Shown here: in pieces, positions 1-8,725 of the stretch
How the letters are laid out: each line of letters starts with the position of its first letter
How positions within the stretch are numbered: position 1 is the stretch's first letter
From: Calditrichales bacterium
GTDB taxonomy: Bacteria > Calditrichota > Calditrichia > Calditrichales > J004
Assembly (NCBI GenBank): GCA_015493745.1
Contig: WGCN01000029.1
Location: 5,137-69,136 of the forward strand
Reading direction: 5' to 3'
DNA length: 64,000 nt
Translations under genes and position numbers: made by a program
Notes under the pieces: generated by a model
Told to the model about the DNA's origin: nothing
Database searches by the model: none
What the model saw: the letters and a program-made list of their open reading frames with translations, nothing else

Positions 1-1584
1 CATGGGCTCCAGTTCAAAGTTGGCATTGCCGATATCGGCGTTGTCAATCCGGATAGGGGTGGCATCTTCCCATGTCTCGGCATGATCATAAACCTGGGGT
101 TTGTAATCATAACCGGCCCAGCATTGCAGATAAACCGTGCTTCCGCTGGGGAAGATGGCGTCAAAGGAGTAGTTACCTAATGAATCAACCATAACATAGG
201 TGACACCGATATTGGTGGCGGTGGTATAAGCGGTTACCTGACCGAAAGGAATGGGATTGCCCAACGTATCGGTAACCGTACCGCTGATCTTATAACCGTT
301 GCTGGTATCCAGCGTGTCGAGACCAAAATCCAGCGTAATAACATCATTGGGATGAAAAACAACCTTGTCGGCCGTCAGGAATGTTGTTTGGTTGTCATAA
401 AACTCGGCGAAGAAACCGTCCGCGTTGACAAAGGCGATCAGGGAATCTTCAGCCAGCAGTGTCTGAGCATTGATGGTGTACATCCCTTTTTCATCGGTGA
501 CGGCATCGTAGCTGCGCATGGTATTTTGCGCGGCATTAACGCTGACGATGGTTACATGAGCCCCGGATATGGCAGCACCACTCTGGTTGCTGGTAACCAT
601 ACCGGTAACGGTAAAGGGCGATACATCCGGATTGGGTAAGGTGAAATCGATACCCTGGGTATCCCCTTCAATCATTACATGATCCGCCTCGGACGGTTTG
701 GATTTGCCATCATAGTAACCTATGTAGGTATAAGCTTCTTCATCAACAAAGAAAAAGGCGGTCACCTGAAATACATATTCACCCGGCGCCACATCCAGGT
801 TGAAAGTACCGTCCTGCATATTGACGTCGGTGGAGAAAGGACGTCCGGCGTTGATGGAAAAGGCACCGACCTTTATATAGCTGTAACCTTCAAAATTAGA
901 CACGGTACCGGATACGGTAACCTTCTCTACCAGATTGATGGCAAAGGCGGATATATCTCCGCTGGCTTCAAAAGCAGACCAGTAAGGCAGGTATTGGTCA
1001 TTGCCGGGAACATAGATTACATACTTCCCGAACAACAGACCACCGTTAAAGTTGCCATTGTCATCGGACATGAAATGATAAGAGGCCCAGCGCACCGGAA
1101 CAACCGGCGGGGCATAGTAGCTTTCCACCTCCTCGAAGTTGGAGAGGTCAACGCTGTCATCCAGTTTCAGCAGATAGATATCGGTGGCCACGGCGTTACC
1201 CTGAAAAGCCACGGAACCGGCGAACTGTGCATCCTGGGCACGCGCCTCCAGAGCGATATCGATGATGTAGTTGTTGGTTCCTTCCGCCGTGAATGACTTT
1301 TCGAAAGGCATGTAGGAGAATGTATCGTAGGCCGTAATAGTATAACTTACTCCCGGAATTAAGTTATAACTATATGTTCCGTCTTCCGCGGTTTCCTGCG
1401 GTAAGCCGGGAATATTCAGAGTTGTGTCCGTCGGCGAAAGAAATAGCGTAAAGCCCGGTACGGGGATGCTGTCAAGCGTCACCGTTCCCGAAACCGTCGG
1501 GAAAAGCTGGGCCTGAGCCGTGCCCATAAATAAAAACATGGTTGCAATCATAAGGGGCAACCGTCTGGTAAATATGTTTTTCAT
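1..1584 (-). CDS. Secreted protein with repeated carboxypeptidase-regulatory-like (beta-sandwich) segments; the C-terminus runs off the left edge of the window
   Basis: Hand translation of the reverse strand from the ATG at 1584..1582 (AGGAGG lies 5 nt upstream) gives MKNIFTRRLPLMIATMFLFMGTAQAQLFPTVSGTVTLDSIPVPG, a signal peptide. The segments I checked stay in frame down to position 1. SGTVT..G.P strings recur, e.g. NGYKISGTVTDTLGNPIPFG from 300..241. It is missing from the ORF track because its stop lies outside the window. Confidence 0.6.
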   Translation of the reverse strand, partial: MKNIFTRRLPLMIATMFLFMGTAQAQLFPTVSGTVTLDSIPVPGFTLFLSPTDTTLNIPGLPQETAEDGTYSYNLIPGVSYTITAYDTFSYMPFEKSFTAEGTNNYIIDIALEARAQDAQFAGSVAFQGNAVATDIYLLKLDDSVDLSNFEEVESYYAPPVVPVRWASYHFMSDDNGNFNGGLLFGKYVIYVPGNDQYLPYWSAFEASGDISAFAINLVEKVTVSGTVSNFEGYSYIKVGAFSINAGRPFSTDVNMQDGTFNLDVAPGEYVFQVTAFFFVDEEAYTYIGYYDGKSKPSEADHVMIEGDTQGIDFTLPNPDVSPFTVTGMVTSNQSGAAISGAHVTIVSVNAAQNTMRSYDAVTDEKGMYTINAQTLLAEDSLIAFVNADGFFAEFYDNQTTFLTADKVVFHPNDVITLDFGLDTLDTSNGYKISGTVTDTLGNPIPFGQVTAYTTATNIGVTYVMVDSLGNYSFDAIFPSGSTVYLQCWAGYDYKPQVYDHAETWEDATPIRIDNADIGNANFELEPM

Positions 1585-1628
1585 ATTAACCTCCTGTGAT
1601 AATGGATACTTTTGAACATCAACATCAT

Positions 1629-1644
1629 AGCAACAGGTATGCCA
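1629..1644 (-). promoter_or_regulatory. Putative sigma-54 (-24/-12) promoter for the 1..1584 gene
   Basis: The reverse strand reads TGGCATacctgTTGCT. The GG and GC dinucleotides have exactly the spacing of the consensus TGGCAC-N5-TTGCW. The element ends 44 nt upstream of the ATG at 1584. A sigma-54 activator gene lies nearby at 4071..5525. Confidence 0.55.
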
Positions 1645-1721
1645 GAACCTGTTAACCGTTGCTCTCAGCGGGATAAGGAAAAGGTTATGCGATATTTAAA
1701 TACGAAATGTCATAAAAGACT

Positions 1722-1756
1722 ATGAAAAAAATGCATAGTAATGAAAAAAATGCATA
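1722..1756 (-). repeat. Two perfect 16-bp direct repeats (atgaaaaaaatgcata on the + strand) separated by gta; a candidate upstream activator site
   Basis: The copies at 1722..1737 and 1741..1756 are identical, giving a 19-bp period. Each contains the palindrome ATGCAT. They lie about 80-130 bp upstream of the sigma-54 element, in the 176-bp intergenic gap. Confidence 0.5.
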
Positions 1757-1760
1757 TGCT

Positions 1761-2543
1761 TCAGGGCAGCGGTATTTTAATACCGAGGGAAAGCGACCCC
1801 GGAGGACTCTTTACCTGTAAAACAGGCATAGAGCGGGATAAATCAAAAATATTATATATACCCCAAATGATATAGCCGGCAATGAGTATATTGCGGCTTT
1901 TATACATCCGGTTATAGCTGCTGTACTTATCCGCGAAGGCGGAAGATTGCGATACGGACAGATAGTCTTCTTCCAGTTGCCTGGTGCGTATTGAGGTTAT
2001 GACGATAGAGGCCAGCCAGGCGCTACTGACGGCGGATTTATAGTAGGCGTCCGGTTTCATGTTCGCCTGCCAGTGTCCGCTGCCGGGTAACACAAGCGTG
2101 GATAAAACCATGGCCGGCGTGGGGTTTTGTTTAAGCGCAAAGGTTGCTTCCTCCTCTGCCGGGGGAGTGGCTTTAGGATAGCGCGGTCGTTGCTTTTTCA
2201 CCATTTCAAACAGCTCGATTATTTTAGGAGAGGTGGTTTTGGCGTCCATGCTGTAATCGTGATTTATATCCAGAATACGGTTAATATAGTTTCTGGCCCG
2301 GGCTGTATCCTGCAGGGCATAAGCCGCGTTGAGCAGGTAGGTGTATATCGCCAGGGAGTCCTTTTGGCTGATATAGGCTTCGCCCAGAAAATATTCTCCT
2401 TTTTTCAGAACCTCCCGGTATGAGAAGCGCGAGAAATCCCGGTCCAGCTCATCCAGGGCTTTTTGCGCGGACTGGGCCTGTAGTGAAAGTCCCGGGGCGC
2501 TTATTAAAAGTACGATGAGCATGCGTTTGATAAGGGTGGTCAT
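1761..2543 (-). CDS. Hypothetical protein: signal peptide, TPR-like N-terminal half, hydrophobic C-terminal half
   Basis: 260-aa ORF. The N-terminus is MTTLIKRMLIVLLISAPGLSLQAQS. Helical repeat-like text follows (YFLGEAYISQKDSLAIYTYLLNAAYALQD). C-terminal hydrophobic stretches are present (ILIAGYIIWGIYNIF). Its start overlaps the kinase stop by 4 bp. Confidence 0.55.
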   Translation of the reverse strand: MTTLIKRMLIVLLISAPGLSLQAQSAQKALDELDRDFSRFSYREVLKKGEYFLGEAYISQKDSLAIYTYLLNAAYALQDTARARNYINRILDINHDYSMDAKTTSPKIIELFEMVKKQRPRYPKATPPAEEEATFALKQNPTPAMVLSTLVLPGSGHWQANMKPDAYYKSAVSSAWLASIVITSIRTRQLEEDYLSVSQSSAFADKYSSYNRMYKSRNILIAGYIIWGIYNIFDLSRSMPVLQVKSPPGSLSLGIKIPLP

Positions 2544-4069
2544 TGTATTTCTGCCTTTTTTTCCAGCACAATGCGGCGATCAACGATAGGGGAACCGTCC
2601 CAGTTCAATGTTTCGGTATATGTCTTATAAAATTTGTTTTTAATAGTAAGCGTTTTATTGGCTTTAGTCAACAATAACGGTTTACCCAAAGGGGTTTCCC
2701 CGATGAAAATGTTGTCGACATATACCTTACCCCAGGGTTGAACCTGCAACCTCATGCTATAGCAAAGGGAGTCCAGATGATAGCCCACCTCTTTAAACTC
2801 TCCGGATTTGATAAACAGGGAGTCCGTCCAGGTGGCATAGGCCGGGTTTTGCAGTTGTATCTTGTGCCAGCCCGGCTCCAGGCTTAAGGTGTCCTTCAGC
2901 GGAGTAATGTCAATGAAATTATAATCCACATAAACACGGGCCCAGGGGTAGGCATTGATCCATAAGCGGGCCGGACCCTTCCTGCCCGTTTCCGAGGGCG
3001 ATCGGTCGCTGTTTTCTTTTGGCCTGTTTGTAACGGGGAGTCCATCCTTTTTGGCGGAAGGCGTAGCGGTCCGGCTTACCGTGTCGGGTGAAAGAACCCG
3101 GCTGGAATCGGGAACACGGATACTGCCATCGGGGGCATTCTGCAGACGGTCCCTGACCATGGTGAACATAATATAAAGCAAAAGAGGAATGATCAGAATC
3201 AACGCTCCGGCCAGAGGGTGTATGCCCTTCCTTTCATCCTCTTCAGCCGGCCCGGCGGGTGGGGAAGAGCTAAGCGTCTCTCCGGTCTGTTGTTGAAAAA
3301 GCATGGCAACAGACTGTAAATCTGTTGGTCTTCGTTCGGCCTTTTTCTGCATCATCTTCTCAACCAAAGCGGAAAACCATTCAGGGATATCCTCCGCAGC
3401 CTGAGCTAGCGGCGGTGGTTGATGGCTTATGATTTTTGCAAAGATTTCACCGTAGGAAGGCGCATCAAAAGGGTGCGCCGCGAAAAGAGAATAAAAAATG
3501 GTTCCCAGTGTAAAAATATCCGTTTGACGGGTAACCGGCAGGTTGTTTACCTGTTCCGGAGCCATGTACAAGGGGGTGCCGGTAAGTTTTTGCTCCGGAG
3601 TATGTTTTTTTATCGCTTCATGGAGTGATATGCCGAAGTCGGTTATTTTTATGCGGCCATCCCCGGTCACAAGGATATTTTCCGGTTTAAGGTCACGGTG
3701 AATGTAGCCTTTGCTGTGTATATAGGCTACCGCCTGTACGATCCGGGCACAAAGGCGGATGCGTTGTTCCCTGTCCGGTTGTTGACGCGATATGTATTGG
3801 CTCAGGTTTCCGCCTTCCACAAATTCCGCGGCAATAAAAAAGAGGTGCTCATTGGCAAAGCCGAAATCATAAATCCGGGCCACATGGTCGGATTCAAGAG
3901 CCGCCACAATGCGGGCCTCCTCCTCAAACTGAGCGATAAGCTCCTTGTCAGCGCCATCATATACTTTTAAGAGGGTTGTCCGTTTTAAGATGTCATGATG
4001 GGCGCGGTAGACGGTAATGGGGCCGTTGCGGGCGATCTCTTCGTCTATGTGGTAGCGGTCGATGATCAT
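2540..4069 (-). CDS. Hanks-type Ser/Thr protein kinase with a transmembrane segment and C-terminal PEGA-like repeats
   Basis: Kinase motifs YIHRDLKPENILV, ITDFGIS and GTPLYMAPEQ are present. A TM stretch (LAGALILIIPLLLYIMF) follows. There are two PEGA-like repeats (ARVYVDYNFIDITPL..LEPGWHKIQLQ and GKVYVDNIFIGETPL..TLTIKNKFY). Confidence 0.9.
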   Translation of the reverse strand: MIIDRYHIDEEIARNGPITVYRAHHDILKRTTLLKVYDGADKELIAQFEEEARIVAALESDHVARIYDFGFANEHLFFIAAEFVEGGNLSQYISRQQPDREQRIRLCARIVQAVAYIHSKGYIHRDLKPENILVTGDGRIKITDFGISLHEAIKKHTPEQKLTGTPLYMAPEQVNNLPVTRQTDIFTLGTIFYSLFAAHPFDAPSYGEIFAKIISHQPPPLAQAAEDIPEWFSALVEKMMQKKAERRPTDLQSVAMLFQQQTGETLSSSPPAGPAEEDERKGIHPLAGALILIIPLLLYIMFTMVRDRLQNAPDGSIRVPDSSRVLSPDTVSRTATPSAKKDGLPVTNRPKENSDRSPSETGRKGPARLWINAYPWARVYVDYNFIDITPLKDTLSLEPGWHKIQLQNPAYATWTDSLFIKSGEFKEVGYHLDSLCYSMRLQVQPWGKVYVDNIFIGETPLGKPLLLTKANKTLTIKNKFYKTYTETLNWDGSPIVDRRIVLEKKAEIQ

Positions 4070-4070
4070 C

Positions 4071-5525
4071 TTACAGTCCCAACTCCTTGGCTTTCATTTG
4101 CAGGGAACGCAGAGAAATATCCAGGCTTTTTGCCGCCAGAGTTTTATTGCCGTTAAACTGTTCTATCCTTTGGCGGATAAGCTTGTTTTTCAGCTCTTCC
4201 AGGGTACCGTCCATGCTTTCCGCCATATCGTCCAGCAGGATATCATTCTCGCGAATCACATGGCCTTCACTGACGATATGCGCCCGCTGAAGAATGTTCT
4301 CCAATTGTCGCACGTTACCCGGCCAGTTGTAGACCATCAGTTTTTTTATGGCCGCGGGAGAAATCTCCTTTACCTCTTCCCCGGAAAATTTTGTCAGGAT
4401 ATGCCGGGCCAGCAACGGAATATCATCACGGCGTTCCCGCAGGGGGGGGACGGTGATGGATATAACATTGAGCCGGTAGTATAGGTCTTCCCGGAAACGG
4501 CCTTCGGCAATCATCTGTTTTAAATCTTTATTGGTGGCGGCTAAAATACGGACATCTATTTTGCGGATGATATTCTCACCAAGCCGTTTGATCTCTTTAT
4601 TTTGTAAAACGCGCAGCAGCTTGGTTTGCAGGTCGGGAGACAATTCGGATATCTCATCCAGAAAAAGTGTACCGCCGTCCAGCGCCTCGAACAGCCCCAT
4701 CTTATCCGCATGGGCACCGGTAAAGGCTCCCTTTTTATAGCCGAACAGTTCGCTTTCCAGAATAGAGGCCGGCAGATTGCCGACAAACTGAGCCATAAAG
4801 GGTTTATCATGCCTTTTGCTCAGGCGGTGTATGGCCTGGGCCACCAAATCCTTACCGACGCCGTTTTCACCGAGTATGAGCACGGAGGCGTCGGTTGGTG
4901 CGACCTTGTGAACCAGTTTGGTTACCTGGTGTATGGCATTGGACTCTCCGATGATATTGGGCAGGTTCTCCTGGGGGAGGCGGCTTTTTAACAAGACATT
5001 CTCCCGGCGTATTTCCTTGCCCCTTAGGGCCCGGGCCAGGGTCAGGGAGGCGATCGGCGCGAAAAAAGCCAGCAATTGCCGGGATTCCTCGGTAAACTTT
5101 TGCCTGCTGTGGCGGCTGTCGAAATACATGATGCCGTAAACCTGATCATTGATGATCAGCGGAAAGGCCAGGATGGCATGGATTTGGTTGATGACGATAC
5201 TTTTGGTCTGACTGTAACCGTCGCTGCTTTCCGTATCGAAACTAAGGTGCGCCCGGCGGCTTTCCAATATCTTGCGGAAAACGGTTTGAGAAAAATACTT
5301 TGTTTCATCATGTACCGGTAGGGTGGATTCGATCAAACGCACCTCAAAACGATCGTCCGGCCGGTTGTAGTAAATGAAAGCCCCCACCTCGGCGCCAATC
5401 TGTATAACAAAGTGCTTGAGTACCGTTTTCAGGATATCCTGGTCATCCTCAAGGGTAGCCATCTTTTCCGTAAGAGCATGCAAGGCTTCCAGATCACTTA
5501 AGTTGATGGAGTCAAATTGAGACAT
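4071..5525 (-). CDS. Sigma-54-dependent transcriptional activator (GAF sensor, AAA+ core, Fis-type HTH)
   Basis: Walker A GENGVGKDL; GAFTGA sigma-54 contact loop (YKKGAFTGA); RFREDLYYRLNV; C-terminal HTH GNKTLAAKSLDISLRSLQMKAKELGL; GAF-like N-terminus. There is a 1-bp gap to the kinase gene. Confidence 0.9.
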   Translation of the reverse strand: MSQFDSINLSDLEALHALTEKMATLEDDQDILKTVLKHFVIQIGAEVGAFIYYNRPDDRFEVRLIESTLPVHDETKYFSQTVFRKILESRRAHLSFDTESSDGYSQTKSIVINQIHAILAFPLIINDQVYGIMYFDSRHSRQKFTEESRQLLAFFAPIASLTLARALRGKEIRRENVLLKSRLPQENLPNIIGESNAIHQVTKLVHKVAPTDASVLILGENGVGKDLVAQAIHRLSKRHDKPFMAQFVGNLPASILESELFGYKKGAFTGAHADKMGLFEALDGGTLFLDEISELSPDLQTKLLRVLQNKEIKRLGENIIRKIDVRILAATNKDLKQMIAEGRFREDLYYRLNVISITVPPLRERRDDIPLLARHILTKFSGEEVKEISPAAIKKLMVYNWPGNVRQLENILQRAHIVSEGHVIRENDILLDDMAESMDGTLEELKNKLIRQRIEQFNGNKTLAAKSLDISLRSLQMKAKELGL

Positions 5526-5528
5526 AAT

Positions 5529-6506
5529 TTACGGCCCATAAGTAAAAAAGAGTGGAACGGAATAGCAGATGTTGCCGGAGTTGTCTACAATGCTGACACG
5601 CGCAAAGTTGTTTACCGCCGAAAGCAAATCCAAAACGGCGCTTTCGGAAATGGTTTTGCTGTTTGTGCCGGCGGGAAGGGCGGTGTAGCTCTTTATCAGA
5701 CGGAAACTGTTGTCGATAATGGAAAAGATTTCCAATTCAAAGGTATGGGAAAAGTCAAGATTGACGTTGTTCCATTTGAAAGTGATGGTTCCGCTCAGGT
5801 TGCTTTGCGGAGCGGGCTCGGTAAAAAACAGCTCCTGTTCGATAACCCGCGTGATCGTTACCGGTATCGTTTGCAGGGAATCTCCGTTTTGATTGAACAC
5901 GCTAAAGACAAAATGCATTTCCGGCAAAGTACCGGCGGTTATATCCGCATCGATATTTATGATGTTTTTATTGGTCAGAAAAATACCGCTCATCCCGTCC
6001 AGTACCTGCAAAGTGTCCCGGTAGGAGTTCTCCAGGATACTCAGCTCGACCCGGCGTATATCCGTTGGGCCGTCATCATCGCTCACTTCCAGCCGCGCCA
6101 GATATTCCGTGGATTTGTTGGTGTTATTGTATATGGAATGGAGATTTTGAGTATGTACCACCGGTTTGGCGTTTAACAACAAGGGATCGTTAAATCCTCC
6201 GCCCCTGACGGTGGCAGCGGCTTTAAAGTAGAGGTCGCTTAATGTTTGCACCTGGTAGTAATCGACTTTACCATGGGAAAAAAGAATTTCACCGTTGGCG
6301 TCGCTTACCCCGCTCAGACCCAGCTCCGGGGCAATCACCGTTACCGAGGATACCGGCAAGGTCGGGTTGCTTAAACGGCGTAACTGGAGGAGTTCGGATT
6401 GAAGCTGATAGTTTTGTGCGTCCGGATCCAGGGGATTCAAACGCGGGGCATCACAGCTTTGTGCCGTCAACAGTACGATGGTTGCAAAAAAAAGTATTTG
6501 TTTCAT
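5529..6506 (-). CDS. Hypothetical lipoprotein
   Basis: 325-aa ORF with a lipobox-like N-terminus (MKQILFFATIVLLTAQSCDAP). No other family motif recognised. 3-bp gap to the activator gene. Confidence 0.6.
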   Translation of the reverse strand: MKQILFFATIVLLTAQSCDAPRLNPLDPDAQNYQLQSELLQLRRLSNPTLPVSSVTVIAPELGLSGVSDANGEILFSHGKVDYYQVQTLSDLYFKAAATVRGGGFNDPLLLNAKPVVHTQNLHSIYNNTNKSTEYLARLEVSDDDGPTDIRRVELSILENSYRDTLQVLDGMSGIFLTNKNIINIDADITAGTLPEMHFVFSVFNQNGDSLQTIPVTITRVIEQELFFTEPAPQSNLSGTITFKWNNVNLDFSHTFELEIFSIIDNSFRLIKSYTALPAGTNSKTISESAVLDLLSAVNNFARVSIVDNSGNICYSVPLFFTYGP

Positions 6507-6548
6507 GGCCTTTGTTAGGTCTGTGGATCAACAGCTAATTTACAAAAA

Positions 6549-7613
6549 TTACAGCTTGTAATTCCATTCCTGTAAATAGGGTTCCCAATGCCGCTGTATT
6601 TTATCCACGGTCTCCCGGCTTAATGCCGGGTATTTGTTTTTTGTATAGCTTAAACCGTTCAGGTGTGTGCTTAAACCGGGCTTGAAGTCCTCGTAACCCG
6701 AAAGTCCGTGATATCGATATATCTTCTCCACGGTCTTAAGGGGTTCTTTGTCAAGTTCATCATAGGAAATCTCCAGTAATTTTTCCCCGGGGATAAGAGC
6801 GCGTTGTTCCAGATAGGCCGAGTGAATCTGCCTGTAACGTTCTATAATCCGGCCGGTGACGTCATAGTCCGGTTTTTGCAGGGAGGAACGGGCAATGGCC
6901 GTATCGTATAAGCGGATGGTGGAGTTAAACACCTCATAGGGATGACGGTGCAGGAAGATAAACCGGGCCGCGGGAAATATCTCATGGAGCTTTTTTATCC
7001 GGGCCGTATTGAGCGGAGACTTGGACAGAATCCGTTTCCCCGGGGTCATAAAGCGGATTTTATTAAAAAAGTGGATATAACTTTTACCCCAGTTCTCAAG
7101 CAGTTCCCGGTTACATGTTTCAAAAGTGGTATAGCGATCGTAATGTGTCTGTCTTTGAGGAAACAACCAGCCGACTATGGGAGAACGCAGGGTCAGTGCC
7201 GCCAGGGCAAACTCATCCTCCGCCGGAGAAAGAAGCGATACCTTTACGTTGTCCATCGATCGCTTTTTGGCGGTTCTTTCACGCAACAACGCATTATATT
7301 TTTGATGGATATGTAGAAAGGTATGGGGATTGTTTACCTGAAAGGTACGGGGAAAGGTGAATTGTTCATCCCGGCTCAGGAGGTTATGCAAAAAGGTGGT
7401 TCCACTGCGCCAATGGCCGATAATAAAAACAGGGGCATGCTCGCCGTTAACCGTTGTTTTTCCGGGATATATTTTCTTTTCCCGGGCCAGGAACCGGTGG
7501 TTTCTGACCGTCAGGGCACTTATCAGCGCCATCCGTGCCGGACGGGCCTTAAAGCGGTTCTCCTTTAGCAGCTTAAACCATTGTCCTGGTAAAAGCCCGA
7601 TAACACTATCCAT
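6549..7613 (-). CDS. Sulfotransferase family protein (tandem paralogue 1)
   Basis: PAPS 5'-phosphosulfate loop GHWRSGTTFLHNLL. SKSPLNTARIKKLHEIFPAARFIFLHRHPYEVFNS is the 3'-phosphate motif region. The longest ORF reaches 7643. The ATG at 7613..7611 is preferred for three reasons. It has an AGGGAG Shine-Dalgarno 5 nt upstream. It forms a TAATG overlap with the upstream paralogue's stop. It also makes the two paralogue N-termini nearly equal in length. Confidence 0.85.
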   Translation of the reverse strand: MDSVIGLLPGQWFKLLKENRFKARPARMALISALTVRNHRFLAREKKIYPGKTTVNGEHAPVFIIGHWRSGTTFLHNLLSRDEQFTFPRTFQVNNPHTFLHIHQKYNALLRERTAKKRSMDNVKVSLLSPAEDEFALAALTLRSPIVGWLFPQRQTHYDRYTTFETCNRELLENWGKSYIHFFNKIRFMTPGKRILSKSPLNTARIKKLHEIFPAARFIFLHRHPYEVFNSTIRLYDTAIARSSLQKPDYDVTGRIIERYRQIHSAYLEQRALIPGEKLLEISYDELDKEPLKTVEKIYRYHGLSGYEDFKPGLSTHLNGLSYTKNKYPALSRETVDKIQRHWEPYLQEWNYKL

Positions 7614-8710
7614 TAGTTCTCCCTGTTTAGAGGATAATTCCATTTATCAAAAGCAAAGGCCCATTCCCGGTTAATGCGCGATAGCCAGGGCTCGGCCACG
7701 GGGCTATATTTATTTTTCTTATAGCTTCCTATACTTTCAAGATGCGCTTCCAGCAAGGGCTTATAGGAGGCGTAGTCCTCAAAACCGAAATGCCGGAAAA
7801 TACGCTCGATCAGTTGGAGAGGCTGCCGGTCCAGCTCCTCATAACTGACATCCAAAAACTGATCCGCCGGTAAAAGGGCGCTCTCCGTAAAAAAATTCCG
7901 GTACATGTTGCGATAACGGCCGATAATTCCTTCACGCATTTGATTCGCATCGATGCTGTCGGTCATTTGCATGGGACGGACGGTTTTTTCATATAACTTA
8001 ACCGTTGAGTTGTATACATCATAGGGATTGCGATGGACATGGATAAAGCGTGCCCGCGGAAACATCTCCCGCAGTAGTTTTATGCGTGCCGTGTGTTGCG
8101 GAGACTTAAGGATAACCGGTTTGGGGTTCCGCGTGTTCAGCTTTTTCATGAAATAGAGAAACTGTTCCTTCCAGTAGTCGATTTCTTTTTGATCGACCTC
8201 TTCAAAGGTCAGATAGCGGTCATAAAAGGCCGTTGACTTAGGAAACACCCAGGCCAGCACGGGAGACATTAAAGACATTACCGCCAGGGCAAACTCATCC
8301 TCACCGGGATCGTTGAATTTGATCTTCATTTGATCCATGGGGCGTTTTTGTTCTCCGGCTTTGGCCATTTTTTCTTCCAGCATCGGGGCCGTGTAGAGAA
8401 ACGAGTGCGGGCTGTAGATGTCAAAAACCGTGGGAAAGGTAAATTGTTTCCCCAGGCTTAAAAGCTGATGCAGGTGTGAGGTACCGCTGCGCCAATGGCC
8501 CAAAACGAATACCGGTTGGGGATGGATGACCGCATTGCGGATTTTATCACCGTAGGCTTGCAACTCTTTTGCTTCATAACGGTCGTTACGGAAATAGGTG
8601 GTGATGGTGAGCTTAAGTGCCATCGCCAGCTTATCCGCCGGGATTTCCCGGAAATGGCGCCCGGTCAGTTTTAACCAGTTCTTTAGTTTTGTTCCGACAA
8701 GTATCTGCAT
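7613..8710 (-). CDS. Sulfotransferase family protein (tandem paralogue 2)
   Basis: GHWRSGTSHLHQLL PAPS loop; LKSPQHTARIKLLREMFPRARFIHVHRNPYDVYNS. Colinear with the 6549..7613 product over its full length, with clearly related sequence. Confidence 0.85.
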   Translation of the reverse strand: MQILVGTKLKNWLKLTGRHFREIPADKLAMALKLTITTYFRNDRYEAKELQAYGDKIRNAVIHPQPVFVLGHWRSGTSHLHQLLSLGKQFTFPTVFDIYSPHSFLYTAPMLEEKMAKAGEQKRPMDQMKIKFNDPGEDEFALAVMSLMSPVLAWVFPKSTAFYDRYLTFEEVDQKEIDYWKEQFLYFMKKLNTRNPKPVILKSPQHTARIKLLREMFPRARFIHVHRNPYDVYNSTVKLYEKTVRPMQMTDSIDANQMREGIIGRYRNMYRNFFTESALLPADQFLDVSYEELDRQPLQLIERIFRHFGFEDYASYKPLLEAHLESIGSYKKNKYSPVAEPWLSRINREWAFAFDKWNYPLNREN

Positions 8711-8725
8711 GGTTTTCTCTTCGGT

